Notes: generated from the sequence alone by a model not told the origin. 64,000 nucleotides of DNA from Bacteroidales bacterium (GCA_023133485.1 JAGLWK010000071.1:2181-66180), one strand, 5' to 3'; shown: positions 10,647 through 21,668, counted from the stretch's first letter. A program made the numbers and translations.

Positions 10647-10657
10647 ACTTTTTATAC

Positions 10658-11368
10658 ATGATTAACGGGCTGAATATCAACAAAGAAGATATTAAAAAAG
10701 GAATTGTCATTACCATAGATAAACCATATAAATGGACATCATTTGATCTTGTAAAAAAAGTCAGATATTCACTTGAAAATAAATTTAGAATAAAAAAAAT
10801 CAAAGTTGGACATGCAGGTACTCTTGACCCTCTTGCAACCGGACTTATGATTATTTGTATTGGGAAATCAACTAAACTTATAGAAACTTTTCAAGGATTA
10901 GAAAAAGAATATATTGCAACAATAAAATTAGGTGCTACCACTCCGTCTTTTGATAAAGAAACCTCTGAAGATAAAACTTTCGACATCTCACATATTACAG
11001 AAGACTTGTTAAAACAAGCTGTTAAGAAACAAACAGGCATTATTTATCAGACACCTCCTATATATTCTGCAAAAAGAGTAAACGGAACAAGAGCATATTC
11101 AAAAGCAAGAAAAGGAGAAAGTTTTGATTTAAAACCCGTAAAAATTGAAATTAAAAATATTAAAATAATAAAATTTAATCCTTCTGAAGTAATTCTTAAT
11201 ATTATATGTAGCAAAGGAACATATATAAGAGCACTTGCCAGAGATATAGGCATATTACTTGATAGCGGGGCTTACCTTGTTAAATTGCAAAGAACAAGAA
11301 TTGGAGAATATAATATAAAAAACGCATTATCAATTGAAGAATTTATAAATAACCTGAAAATATCATAA
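10658..11368 (+). CDS. truB: tRNA pseudouridine(55) synthase
   Basis: Has the HAGTLDPLATGLMIICIGKSTK catalytic motif. The ATG at 10658 is preferred over the TTG at 10607, which overlaps uppP. Confidence 0.9.
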   Translation: MINGLNINKEDIKKGIVITIDKPYKWTSFDLVKKVRYSLENKFRIKKIKVGHAGTLDPLATGLMIICIGKSTKLIETFQGLEKEYIATIKLGATTPSFDKETSEDKTFDISHITEDLLKQAVKKQTGIIYQTPPIYSAKRVNGTRAYSKARKGESFDLKPVKIEIKNIKIIKFNPSEVILNIICSKGTYIRALARDIGILLDSGAYLVKLQRTRIGEYNIKNALSIEEFINNLKIS

Positions 11369-11434
11369 CAAAATGTAATTATTAACGTATAAGATTAGTT
11401 TTATTAGTATAAAATATAAAATTTCCTATTTATT

Positions 11435-12487
11435 ATGAAATTATCTAAGTTTAAATTTTATTTACCCGACGAGCTTATTGCATTACACCCTGTTAAAAAC
11501 CGTGACGAATCAAGATTAATGATTGCACATAGAAAAACAAAAAAAATTGAACATAAAGTTTTTAAGGATATTATTGAATATTTTAATGAAGATGACGTTT
11601 TAGTTTTTAATAATACAAAAGTTTTTCCTGCCCGTCTATTTGGGAATAAAGAAAAGACAGGTGCTAAAATTGAAGTATTTCTTTTAAGGGAATTAAATCA
11701 AGATCAAAGACTTTGGGATGTTCTTGTTGACCCTGCCAGAAAAATAAGAATCGGTAATAAATTATATTTTGGTGAAGAAAATGAATTAGTTGCTGAAGTG
11801 ATTGACAATACTACTTCACGAGGTCGAACACTTCGTTTTTTATTTGATGGAGATTATGATGAATTCAAAAAAACATTATATAATTTAGGGGAAACACCTT
11901 TGCCAAAATTTATTAAAAGAGAAGTATTACCCGAAGATAAAGATCGTTACCAGACAATTTTTGCAAAACATGAAGGAGCTGTTGCTGCCCCAACTGCAGG
12001 AATGCATTTTAGCCGCGAATTACTTAAACGCTTCGAAATCAAAGGGACACATTTTGCATATATAACATTACATGTAGGATTAGGTAATTTTAGGTCTGTT
12101 GATGTAGAAGACCTGACTAAGCATAAAATGGATTCAGAAAAAATATATATTTCTGAAAAAGCAGTTAAAATAGTAAATAAAGCAAAAGATAATAAAGTAA
12201 ATATTTGTGCTGTTGGTACAACAGTAATGCGCACATTAGAAAGTTCGGTATCAACAACCGGTTATTTAAAAAATTTTGACGGATGGACAAATAAATTTAT
12301 TTTCCCACCATTTGATTTTAATGTTGCTAATATGATGATATCTAATTTTCATTTGCCATATTCTACTTTGCTAATGATGGTTTCAGCATTTACAGGATTT
12401 GATTTTCTCTTTAAAGCATATGATATTGCTATCAAAGAAAAATACAGATTTGGAACTTATGGTGATGCAATGTTGATTATTGATTAA
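11435..12487 (+). CDS. queA: S-adenosylmethionine:tRNA ribosyltransferase-isomerase
   Basis: N-terminus [22 protein letters not shown], plus APTAGMHF and a C-terminal [10 protein letters not shown] stretch typical of QueA. Confidence 0.9.
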   Translation: MKLSKFKFYLPDELIALHPVKNRDESRLMIAHRKTKKIEHKVFKDIIEYFNEDDVLVFNNTKVFPARLFGNKEKTGAKIEVFLLRELNQDQRLWDVLVDPARKIRIGNKLYFGEENELVAEVIDNTTSRGRTLRFLFDGDYDEFKKTLYNLGETPLPKFIKREVLPEDKDRYQTIFAKHEGAVAAPTAGMHFSRELLKRFEIKGTHFAYITLHVGLGNFRSVDVEDLTKHKMDSEKIYISEKAVKIVNKAKDNKVNICAVGTTVMRTLESSVSTTGYLKNFDGWTNKFIFPPFDFNVANMMISNFHLPYSTLLMMVSAFTGFDFLFKAYDIAIKEKYRFGTYGDAMLIID

Positions 12488-12508
12488 TCTTTTTTGATAA
12501 ATTAATAG

Positions 12509-13096
12509 TTAACAATAATTTGAATGATGCATGTAATTAACAATTTCTCTGTATTTATTCACAATTTTTTTAAAATCTTCCCATACATCTTTTTTTAATT
12601 TCGGATTTCTAAGCAAAGCAGAAGGATGATAGGTTGGCATTACCAATCTGTTTTTCCATGTCAACCATTCACCTCTGACTTTTGTTATTCTGGCATTTGC
12701 ATCAACCAATCCTTTTAGTGCAGTTGCACCTAACAGAATAATAATTTTAGGGTCAATTAATTCAATTTGTTTTAATAAATAAGGTAAACAAGTTTCTCTT
12801 TCTATTGGCAATGGATCTCTGTTGTTTGGTGGTCTGCATTTAACAATATTACCAATAAAAACATGTTCCTTCCTTGTAAAACCACAAACATCAAGAATTT
12901 TATCTAATAATTGCCCCGATTTTCCAACAAATGGTATACCTTGTATATCCTCATAATATCCCGGACCTTCACCTATTAACATTATTTCAGCAAATCTGTT
13001 ACCTTCACCAAAAACAACATTTTTTCTGGTTTTGCTTAAATCACATTTTGTACATGAAGATATTTCTTTCCTGATTATTTCAAATTCATCTGTCAT
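12509..13096 (-). CDS. uracil-DNA glycosylase, family 4
   Basis: Has the GEGPGYYEDIQGIPFVGKSGQLL motif, N-terminal CxxC-type cysteines and an HPSALLRNP motif. Confidence 0.8.
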   Translation of the reverse strand: MTDEFEIIRKEISSCTKCDLSKTRKNVVFGEGNRFAEIMLIGEGPGYYEDIQGIPFVGKSGQLLDKILDVCGFTRKEHVFIGNIVKCRPPNNRDPLPIERETCLPYLLKQIELIDPKIIILLGATALKGLVDANARITKVRGEWLTWKNRLVMPTYHPSALLRNPKLKKDVWEDFKKIVNKYREIVNYMHHSNYC

Positions 13097-13098
13097 TT

Positions 13099-14388
13099 TT
13101 ATAATTTATCTGTAGCTAATTTAATTAATTCTAACAATTTTTCACGTAAAGTATCAAAAGAAAAATATTTTTTCCCAAGGTCATAATTATACTCCGCTAT
13201 TTCACGGTTTAATTCTTTGTTATAAATAATATCTGCCATTTCTTTTACAGCTTTATCTGTTAAATTGTTATCTTCGAGCATAACTGTTTTAAAACCTTTA
13301 CTTCCAATATCAGGCCAGTAAACCGGTTTGTAGTTATTTACAAATATCGGACATTTTGCAAGAACAGATTCAACAAAAGCATTTCCAAAACCTTCATAAG
13401 TACTAAAATATGTAGTTGCAGTTGCATTAGCATAAGCATCTGATAAAGAGTAATTTCTGCCACTTCCATTGCCAAGAAGTCCTTTATTGTTTATCAGGTA
13501 AGATGCAAATTTTATCTGGCTGCGCAAATTCAGCTTATTTATTAATTCAAATAATTCATTATAATAAATACTTCCTTCGTCATCTGCCCAATTACCGGTA
13601 ATTATTAATTTAATATTTTTATCATTTAATTTATCAATTAAATTAATTGCAACTTCTATTCCTTTACGTCTTACAATTCTTGTTATTTGAAACAGTAAAA
13701 TATCATTATCCGATAAACCAAGATCTATTTTAAGTGATTTATTAGTACCGTTTAATTGTCCGAATGGTACACTAAAATCCATAACATTAGGAACAACAAT
13801 AGAGTTTCGGTTAAATTTTTCTTTTAAAGAATTTTGAGCATTTTCATTAATAACTGCATTAAAAACATTTGGTAATCTGAGAGGGAATATTTTGGTTACG
13901 AACTCATTTATTCTTTTATGCGGAGAAATATACCTGTCACCCCGTTCCCATGCAAAATCATGGTCATGTGTTATTGTTGGTATCCCAAGTTTTTTTACTG
14001 CCTTTCTTATTCCCCAGCCTAATTCAATATGAGCAGGAAGAGCAGAGGCGTTTTCTGAAACAATAAGGTCTATTTTGTTTGTATTTACCCATTTTATTAT
14101 CTTTCCCGAAATAATATTTGTATAAAACTCAATATGAGATATTAGTTCTTCGGGATTTGTTTCAGGAAAAAAAAATGCTTTTTTCTGTTCCCAGTAGCTT
14201 TCGGGAGAAAAAAAAGACATTTCAGCCATTAAAGTTTCATATGTGGGATCAATTTTTTTTTCTTCAAATTGCCCTGATAAAATAAAAACTTCATGTCCTA
14301 ATTGTTTAAAAACATGTATCCATTTTTCAGTTTCAAGAGCCACACCATCTATTCCACCAATTCGTCCGATTATTAATCCTATGTTCAT
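13099..14388 (-). CDS. GT-B fold glycosyltransferase (GT4-like)
   Basis: N-terminal GGIDGVALE stretch and a C-terminal YEGFGNAFVES (E-x7-E-like) motif. Substrate unknown. Confidence 0.6.
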   Translation of the reverse strand: MNIGLIIGRIGGIDGVALETEKWIHVFKQLGHEVFILSGQFEEKKIDPTYETLMAEMSFFSPESYWEQKKAFFFPETNPEELISHIEFYTNIISGKIIKWVNTNKIDLIVSENASALPAHIELGWGIRKAVKKLGIPTITHDHDFAWERGDRYISPHKRINEFVTKIFPLRLPNVFNAVINENAQNSLKEKFNRNSIVVPNVMDFSVPFGQLNGTNKSLKIDLGLSDNDILLFQITRIVRRKGIEVAINLIDKLNDKNIKLIITGNWADDEGSIYYNELFELINKLNLRSQIKFASYLINNKGLLGNGSGRNYSLSDAYANATATTYFSTYEGFGNAFVESVLAKCPIFVNNYKPVYWPDIGSKGFKTVMLEDNNLTDKAVKEMADIIYNKELNREIAEYNYDLGKKYFSFDTLREKLLELIKLATDKL

Positions 14389-14644
14389 AATATAACTAAT
14401 TAATCATTGAATAAATAAATATAATTAAATATCTAAATATAATAATTGTTTTTATTAAATTGTTGATATTTTAGTTATTGTAAAAACCATCTAATTACCA
14501 CTGCTGTATGTGGCTGATATTCTGCTAAATACGATTGCTGTTTGTTGAAAAATTTTTAATATTGTTAAAAAAAAGAAACAAAACATTAATGTTTTCGTAA
14601 ATTTGAGTAGTTTATATAAAATTTTATTTTATTTTTATTAAAAA

Positions 14645-15562
14645 ATGAAAATACACTTAAAAATAATTATTACCTATATTGTAATTCCATCTATATTAGG
14701 TTTATTGTCTTGTAATTCAAAAACTTCACAAGATACTTTAAGTAATATTGAAGAAAAAAGCATAGAACAAACATCAGTAACAGATAGTAACAGGCTTAAA
14801 AATATTAAAGCCATATTTTACAATTTGCCATCACCCATAGAAATGGCACAATTATTACAAAATGCCAATGCATTATATAATCCTGAACTTCTGAATTCTG
14901 TTACAAATGTTGATAATTATACAAAAACAGAAAGTCTTGCTCTCAATCTTGGAGTATATGGTGCTGACTTAAGTTATAACAGGTTAAATGATCAAATTCA
15001 ACAATCAATTAATTATCTTGCTGCGATACGTAAAATTTCCGAACAATTAAAAATCCCTCAAGATGAAGGAGCTTTCACTGTTACAAGGATAGAAGAAAAT
15101 GTAGGTAATAGAGATACTTTATTTCAAATTATTTCGGATACATATGCAGATGCAGATATTTATTTAAAAGAAAACAACAGAGAAAGTACTGCAATTTTAA
15201 TTATTGCCGGTGGCTGGATTGAAGCATTATATATTGCCACAAATATTATTGACAAAAATAATCCTAATCAGCAATTAATGTATCGTATAGCAGAACAAAA
15301 ATTTTCACTTATTAATCTGATTAATATTGTAGATAAATGTGAAAATAATGCTGAAATAGTGGGTCTTATTAAAATTAAACTGGTAGAGCTTAAAAAAGTT
15401 TTTGATAAAATTGAAATATCGTACCAAAAGGGAACTATTGAAACGGATGAAATAAATAACAGGACAATTATTAATTATATTACAGAAATTAAAGTAGACT
15501 ATAACAATATCAATGATATTAGAATTATCATTGAGGATTTGAGAAACAAGATAGTTGAATAA
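14645..15562 (+). CDS. hypothetical lipoprotein
   Basis: Has a lipobox-like LGLLSCN. The remainder looks helical. No family recognised. Confidence 0.5.
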   Translation: MKIHLKIIITYIVIPSILGLLSCNSKTSQDTLSNIEEKSIEQTSVTDSNRLKNIKAIFYNLPSPIEMAQLLQNANALYNPELLNSVTNVDNYTKTESLALNLGVYGADLSYNRLNDQIQQSINYLAAIRKISEQLKIPQDEGAFTVTRIEENVGNRDTLFQIISDTYADADIYLKENNRESTAILIIAGGWIEALYIATNIIDKNNPNQQLMYRIAEQKFSLINLINIVDKCENNAEIVGLIKIKLVELKKVFDKIEISYQKGTIETDEINNRTIINYITEIKVDYNNINDIRIIIEDLRNKIVE

Positions 15563-15669
15563 TATATTTTAAAACTGTTCTGTTTTAATTAAATTATTAA
15601 ACATTTTTTATAAAGATTTATTAATTTTTATAAAATTATTAATATCTTGCTTGTTATAAAATTTTTGTT

Positions 15670-16113
15670 ATGAAAAGATTAGTAAAAATATTTCTAATAT
15701 TATTTATTTTAGTTAGTATCCCAACAATTGGTATGAGTCAATGTAAAGGTTTTACAAAAAAAACCTGTGTGCCAAAGATTAAACCATATATTTATAATGG
15801 ACAATTAAACAGTGCATTATTAAACGAAGGGGATGTTGCAGAATTATTACTTACGTTTTATGGTAGTCAGGAATACAGATTAGTTGTTTGTTGTCAGGAT
15901 ATTCTCGGGCAAGTTGAATTTAAGTTACTAGATACTGAACGTAACGTAATTTTTAATAATGCTGACCATAACTATATTGATAGTTGGGATTTTGTTTCTT
16001 CATCTACTCAGCAATTGATTGTTGAAGTTACTATTCCTGAATCAAATTCCGGTGGTTCGACTGTTGTAAGTGGATGTGTTTCTATTTTAGTGGGATTTTT
16101 AAGTACCGAATAA
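15670..16113 (+). CDS. hypothetical small secreted protein
   Basis: Signal peptide, 147 aa. Its motif order resembles that of 8009-8458. Confidence 0.5.
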   Translation: MKRLVKIFLILFILVSIPTIGMSQCKGFTKKTCVPKIKPYIYNGQLNSALLNEGDVAELLLTFYGSQEYRLVVCCQDILGQVEFKLLDTERNVIFNNADHNYIDSWDFVSSSTQQLIVEVTIPESNSGGSTVVSGCVSILVGFLSTE

Positions 16114-16205
16114 AATTATCCAAACTTCTACTTAAACTGTTCATCTGTAGCATTTCAGAAGAACAACAGATAAATATCAAAAATATACAAATGCTTAACA
16201 AAGAT

Positions 16206-16988
16206 TTATTCAGGAAAATATCCTTTCATTATTCCACGCTTTGAATTTCGTATAAATAAAATTATTTCGTCTCTTTCTTTTGTTGCAGGCATTTCTGCTT
16301 CAATAAAATCTAATGCCTGTAAATTATTATATCCTTTCATATAAAGTATTCTGTATATTTCCTGAATTTCGTTTATTTTTTGGCTTGTAAAATTTCTTCT
16401 TCTTAGTCCTATTGAATTTATTCCAACAAAAGATAAAGGTTCTCTTGCTCCTTTAATAAACGGAGGAACATCTTTTCTTACCAAGCATCCTCCTGATATC
16501 ATCACATGAGATCCTATATGAACAAATTGATGAAGTGCTGTCAATCCTCCAATTATTGCATAATCGTCAATTGTTACTTCTCCTGCAATCTGAACACTAT
16601 TTACTAAAATAACATTATTTTTAATCTCGCTATCATGAGCAACATGAACATAAGCCATTAAAAGACAATTTTCACCAATTGTTGTTTTGCCACGAGTTTT
16701 TGTGCCTCTGTTAATAGTAACAAATTCTCTAACAATAGTATTATCCCCTATTTCAACAGTAGAGTCTTCTCCATCAAATTTTAAATCTTGAGGAACAGCC
16801 GATATAACAGATCCCGGGAAAATTTTACAATTTTTCCCGATTCTGGCTCCCTCTAAAATTGTTGCATTAGAACCAATTTGGGTACCTTCTCCTATTATAA
16901 CATTTTTATCAATTGTAACAAATGGTTCAATAACAACATTGTCAGCAATTTTTGCTTGAGGATGAACGTAAGCTAATGGTTGTTTCAT
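16206..16988 (-). CDS. lpxA: acyl-ACP--UDP-N-acetylglucosamine O-acyltransferase
   Basis: Left-handed beta-helix hexapeptide repeats followed by a helical C-terminus. 260 aa. Overlaps lpxC/fabZ by 4 nt. Confidence 0.9.
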   Translation of the reverse strand: MKQPLAYVHPQAKIADNVVIEPFVTIDKNVIIGEGTQIGSNATILEGARIGKNCKIFPGSVISAVPQDLKFDGEDSTVEIGDNTIVREFVTINRGTKTRGKTTIGENCLLMAYVHVAHDSEIKNNVILVNSVQIAGEVTIDDYAIIGGLTALHQFVHIGSHVMISGGCLVRKDVPPFIKGAREPLSFVGINSIGLRRRNFTSQKINEIQEIYRILYMKGYNNLQALDFIEAEMPATKERDEIILFIRNSKRGIMKGYFPE

Positions 16989-18385
16989 TTTTTTTCTTTT
17001 TTAATTATTTGCGCCGTTAATTCAGCTTCCATAACAATATTATTTCCAACATATGCTCGTCCGAACATATTTGCAATCCCCCTGCGAATTGGTGATATTA
17101 AATCTAATCTGAACAACACTGTATCACCTGGAACAACAGATTTTCGGAACTTAACCTTATCAATTTTCAGGAAATAAGTAAGATAATTTTCAGGATCAGG
17201 AACTATATTAAGAACTAAAATCCCACCAACTTGAGCCATTGCCTCTACCTGTAAAACACCTGGCATAATTGGTTGATTAGGAAAATGTCCAACAAAAAAT
17301 CCTTCATTCATAGTAACATTCTTTAATCCAACTACATAATTATCTTTTAAATCAAGAATTTTATCTACTAATAAAAATGGGGGTCTGTGTGGAAGAATAT
17401 TTTGAATTTGATTAATATTTAATAATGGCGGTTTTGTTGGGTCATAATGAGGAACAAGTTTTTTTGATTTTTCTTTTTTTATAATATTTTTTATTTTTTT
17501 TGCAAATTCAACATTTGCTTTATGTCCAGGTTTTTTCGCAATAATTTTTCCTTTTATTGGGCAACCTATCAAAGCTAAATCTCCAACTAAATCAAGAAGT
17601 TTATGTCTTGCAGGTTCATTAGCGAAAATTAATTCAATATTGTTTAGCATCCCTTGTGGTTTTACTTCAATATGGGGTTTGTTAAATAGGTCTGCAAGCC
17701 TGTTTAATTCTTGTTGTGTAACTTCCTTGTCAATAATTACTATTGCATTGCTAAGGTCTCCTCCTTTAATTAAATTATTTTGTAATAAATATTCTAATTC
17801 ATGTAAAAAAACAAAGGTTTTACATCCGGCAATTTCCTTGTCATATTCAGAAATATCATTAAGTATTGCATATTGATTAAATAAAACATCTGAATTATAA
17901 GAAATCAATACATTTATTTCATATTTATCATCCGGATATGCATATAATTCAATTCCATTTTCTTTATCTATATAGTTTATATTTTCTTTTATTTCAAAGT
18001 ATTTTTTTTCAGCATTTTGTTCAACTATTTCAGCTTTCTTTAATGCTTCAGTAAAAAGTTGTGAACTGCCATCAAGAATAGGAACTTCGGAATTATCTAA
18101 TTCAATTAAAATGTTATCAATTTCTAATCCGTAACAAGCAGATAATACATGTTCAATAGTAGCAATTTTTATCCCGTTTTTTTCAATTGTTGTACTTCGT
18201 GAGGTATTAACAACATAATCAACATCTGCTTCAACCAGTGGGTTTTCTTCTAAATCTGTTCTTTTAAATTTATATCCAAAATTTTCAGGCGCAGGATTAA
18301 ATGTTAAATTAACTTTTCCCCCTGTATGTAATCCAAAACCAGAAAGAGTTATTGGTTTACTAATTGTTTTTTGTTTTTCTGCCAT
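16985..18385 (-). CDS. lpxC/fabZ: bifunctional UDP-3-O-acyl-GlcNAc deacetylase / 3-hydroxyacyl-ACP dehydratase
   Basis: The N-terminal LpxC part has SGFGLHTG and HVLSA. The C-terminal FabZ part has LPHRPPFLLVD and GHFP..PIMPGVL. This fusion is typical of Bacteroidota. Confidence 0.9.
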   Translation of the reverse strand: MAEKQKTISKPITLSGFGLHTGGKVNLTFNPAPENFGYKFKRTDLEENPLVEADVDYVVNTSRSTTIEKNGIKIATIEHVLSACYGLEIDNILIELDNSEVPILDGSSQLFTEALKKAEIVEQNAEKKYFEIKENINYIDKENGIELYAYPDDKYEINVLISYNSDVLFNQYAILNDISEYDKEIAGCKTFVFLHELEYLLQNNLIKGGDLSNAIVIIDKEVTQQELNRLADLFNKPHIEVKPQGMLNNIELIFANEPARHKLLDLVGDLALIGCPIKGKIIAKKPGHKANVEFAKKIKNIIKKEKSKKLVPHYDPTKPPLLNINQIQNILPHRPPFLLVDKILDLKDNYVVGLKNVTMNEGFFVGHFPNQPIMPGVLQVEAMAQVGGILVLNIVPDPENYLTYFLKIDKVKFRKSVVPGDTVLFRLDLISPIRRGIANMFGRAYVGNNIVMEAELTAQIIKKEKK

Positions 18386-18483
18386 GTAAATAGTTCAATA
18401 TTAATTAATTTTGGGCAAAGATAAGTTTTGAAACTTAAAATCACGAAATTTTGACAAGAATTTTGTAGTTTATAAATAGCTTA

Positions 18484-18595
18484 AATCCGCAAGTTTTTTT
18501 GGAGCTTAATGAATGTTAATGATAACAAGGGATTGCAACCCCTCGTTAAGTGTGTTTTATGGTCGTTCAGTACATTAATTATTAACTTACGGATT
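18484..18595. repeat. about 112-bp imperfect palindrome immediately 3' of dnaG
   Basis: The outer arms are AATCCGCAAGTT (18484-18495) and AACTTACGGATT (18584-18595), matching at 11 of 12 positions. There is an inner hairpin AACAAGGG...CCCTCGTT. Confidence 0.4.
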
Positions 18596-18603
18596 ATAAA
18601 TAA

Positions 18604-20550
18604 TTAGATAATAGTTCTTTGACCAAGGTTTTTTGATAAAAGCATTTTAATATTATTTAATGATATTAATTTTTGCTGATATTCTTCAATTTTATCTGTA
18701 GTATTATCTTTTTGAGCTGTTCTAATATTTTCCTGTGTTTCTTTTATTGCTTTCTGAATAATTCTGCTTTTAAATGAAATAATTGATTTTGGTACAATTT
18801 CTTTAAGTTTCATTTCTTCTGTTTCAACATAACTACCATGTTGCTCCCATATTTTACTTAATCCATATTTGGGACCTAAAAGATTAGCAGCTAATTTACA
18901 GATTTCTTCATTACTGTGATTAATAAAATATTTTTCTGATATTGGTTTTGCTTTCAATAAATGCTGATGATAATCTTTAAATATTTGTTTATAAGTTAAG
19001 TTCTTAAATTGGAGGTCGTCATTTAAAATTTCTTTAATAATATATTCTGAAACAGAAGTAAAATACTCCTTTTTATTTTCATCCTCTTCGGTAAATAAGT
19101 TTAAATTTCCATAGTTAAGAAGTAATCTTATAATTTCTTTTTCTTCAGGCTCACAATATATATCTTCCACATATGAGGGTATAGGAGGCTGAGTTTTTTG
19201 AGAAAACATATCGGTCTGCAAGGCTTGTTTTCTTTTTAATGCTTCGCTATTTTTAAACCTTATTTTATTAAGCTGAGAATAAAGAATTTGTTCACTTGTG
19301 CTAAGTAAAGTGCTACATTCCTTAATATATTCTGATTGAATTATCTTATCCGGAATAACAGCAACTGAACGAATAATTTCAGTAATAAGATTCGCTCGTT
19401 TTACAGGGTCACTTTTTGCATCATCAAGCAAAATCTGTGTTTTAAATGAAATAAAATCTTTTTCATTTTTAACAATAAATTCATTTACTTCAAAAGCACT
19501 ATGTTTTTTTGCAAAAGAATCAGGGTCTTCACCTTCGGGAAGAAGAAGCACCCTTACATTCATTCCTTCTTCTAAAATAATATCAATCCCTCTGAGCGAG
19601 GCTTTTATGCCGGCTTCATCACCATCGTAAATAACAGTAATGTTGTTTGTAAAACGTTTTATTAATCTTATTTGATCAGTTGTTAACGATGTGCCTGAAG
19701 ATGCAACAACATTCTCAATTTTTGACTGGTGCAAAGAGAGAACATCTGTATAGCCTTCAACAAGATAACACTTATCATTTTTAACGATTGAATTTTTTGC
19801 AAAGAAAATACCATAAACAATTTTACTCTTATGATAAATATCTGATTCGGGGGAATTTAGATATTTTGCGATTTTTTTATCTTCTTTAAGTATTCTGCCT
19901 CCAAAACCAATTACTTTTCCCATAAGATTGTGAATTGGGAAAATCACCCTGTCATTAAACCTGTCAAAAGTTCTTTCACCGCTTTTTATTGTAAGTCCAC
20001 TTTTTATTAAAAAATCAAGTTTATAATTTTTGCTTATTGCACTTCTTGTGAAGCCATCTTTTTCGCTTAAACAAAAACCTAACTGGAATTTTTCTATTGT
20101 CTTTTCCTCAAAACCTCTTTCCTGAAAATAGCTTAATCCAATTGCTTTTCCTTCATTATTGTTATAAAGTATATCGGTAAAATATTTTTGTGCAAATGAT
20201 GTAACAATAAGCAAACTTTCTCTTTCGTTTCTGTGTTGTATTTCATCAGCCGTTAATTCTCTTTCCTCAACTTCTATATTATATTTATTGGCAAGATATT
20301 TTAGCGATTCATAATAAGAAAGATGTTCCTGCTCCATTAAAAAAGTAACAGCATTACCACCTTTTCCACAACCAAAACATTTGAATATTCCTTTTGACGG
20401 AGAAACAGTAAACGATGGCGTTTTTTCATTATGAAAAGGGCATAAACCAATATAATTTACACCTCGTTTTTTAAGCGTAACAAACCCTTGTATAACATCA
20501 ACTATTTCTGCAGCATCAATAATTTTTTCTATTGTTCCCTGGTCTATCAT
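18604..20550 (-). CDS. dnaG: DNA primase
   Basis: Zinc finger CPFHNEKTPSFTVSPSKGIFKCFGCGKGGN and a TOPRIM region (EGYTDV, DGDEAG). Confidence 0.9.
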   Translation of the reverse strand: MIDQGTIEKIIDAAEIVDVIQGFVTLKKRGVNYIGLCPFHNEKTPSFTVSPSKGIFKCFGCGKGGNAVTFLMEQEHLSYYESLKYLANKYNIEVEERELTADEIQHRNERESLLIVTSFAQKYFTDILYNNNEGKAIGLSYFQERGFEEKTIEKFQLGFCLSEKDGFTRSAISKNYKLDFLIKSGLTIKSGERTFDRFNDRVIFPIHNLMGKVIGFGGRILKEDKKIAKYLNSPESDIYHKSKIVYGIFFAKNSIVKNDKCYLVEGYTDVLSLHQSKIENVVASSGTSLTTDQIRLIKRFTNNITVIYDGDEAGIKASLRGIDIILEEGMNVRVLLLPEGEDPDSFAKKHSAFEVNEFIVKNEKDFISFKTQILLDDAKSDPVKRANLITEIIRSVAVIPDKIIQSEYIKECSTLLSTSEQILYSQLNKIRFKNSEALKRKQALQTDMFSQKTQPPIPSYVEDIYCEPEEKEIIRLLLNYGNLNLFTEEDENKKEYFTSVSEYIIKEILNDDLQFKNLTYKQIFKDYHQHLLKAKPISEKYFINHSNEEICKLAANLLGPKYGLSKIWEQHGSYVETEEMKLKEIVPKSIISFKSRIIQKAIKETQENIRTAQKDNTTDKIEEYQQKLISLNNIKMLLSKNLGQRTII

Positions 20551-20732
20551 TTTTTGGAAATATATTCAAGTATTTCAATATTCAAGTATTTTTGCAAAGA
20601 AGTTTAATTTTTGCTAAATTATAAATAAATTCAATAAGTATCATAGTATTAAAGATGGAATTTTTTTATATTTAAATATTCATAAATTTGAACAATTTTA
20701 AATTCCTTTTATATTTAATTATCTTTATAGAA

Positions 20733-21425
20733 ATGGAAAAACTAGTAGTATTAACAGGAGCAGGAATGAGTGCGGAAAGTGGAATAAAAACTTTTCGTGA
20801 AACAGGAGGATTATGGGAAGAATATGATGTTACCGAAGTTGCAAGCCCTGAAGGTTTTGCAAAAAATCCGAAACTTGTTTTGGAATTTTATAATCAACGA
20901 AGAAAACAACTACTTGAATGTTCTCCAAATAAAGGACATACTGGTTTGGCAGATTTGGAAAAACACTTTGATGTTCATATAGTTACACAAAATGTTGACA
21001 ATTTGCATGAAAGAGGAGGAAGTACAAAAATTCTTCATCTACATGGTGAATTAATGAAAGTGCGAAGTACAGCAGACCCTTCTTTGGTTTATGAATTAGA
21101 TAGCTGGGAATTAAATATTGGCGACAAATGTGAAAAAGGTTCGCAACTCAGGCCCAACATAGTCTGGTTTGGCGAATCTGTTCCTGCAATAGAGGAAGCT
21201 GCTGAAATTGTACAATCGGCAGATATACTGGTAATTATTGGAACCTCACTGAATGTTTATCCAGCAGCAGGTTTAATTAATTATGCTAAGAAAGATATAC
21301 CTGTTTATTTAATTGATCCGAATGACATTATTGTTCCTTCAAATCACAATATTGAATTTATTAAAGAGGGAGCAAGTAAAGGAGTGGAAATATTAAAAGA
21401 AGAACTTCTTAAAAAATATTTTTAA
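20733..21425 (+). CDS. cobB: NAD-dependent protein deacylase (SIR2 family)
   Basis: Has the GAGMSAESGIKTFR, QNVDNLHERGG and GTSLNVYPAA motifs. The ATG at 20733 is preferred over the TTG at 20688. Confidence 0.85.
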   Translation: MEKLVVLTGAGMSAESGIKTFRETGGLWEEYDVTEVASPEGFAKNPKLVLEFYNQRRKQLLECSPNKGHTGLADLEKHFDVHIVTQNVDNLHERGGSTKILHLHGELMKVRSTADPSLVYELDSWELNIGDKCEKGSQLRPNIVWFGESVPAIEEAAEIVQSADILVIIGTSLNVYPAAGLINYAKKDIPVYLIDPNDIIVPSNHNIEFIKEGASKGVEILKEELLKKYF

Positions 21426-21435
21426 TTAGTGTCTG

Positions 21436-21561
21436 CTTGAAAATTTGTAATCAGGCTGTCATTTCGAACAAAGTGAGAAATCTCATTCAATTTATATATA
21501 CTATGTTATGAGATTTCTCCTTTCAGTCGAAATGACAATATAAGCGTTTTCTTACAAATAC
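21436..21561. repeat. 126-bp imperfect palindromic element flanked by 13-bp direct repeats
   Basis: The arms run ATTTGTAA..CTGTCATTTCGAAC..AGTGAGAAATCTCAT and are mirrored by ATGAGATTTCTC..GTCGAAATGACA..TTACAAAT. The flanks TAATTAGTGTCTG (21423-21435) and TAATTAGTGTTTG (21562-21574) match at 12 of 13 positions. Confidence 0.55.
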
Positions 21562-21668
21562 TAATTAGTGTTTGTTCATAATGTCCGTTTTCTTCGTTAC
21601 GCGTGTCAAAAGCAATTTGTTTTACAAATATATATCGCTGAATACTTTTTTAATATAAAATTTACCAA

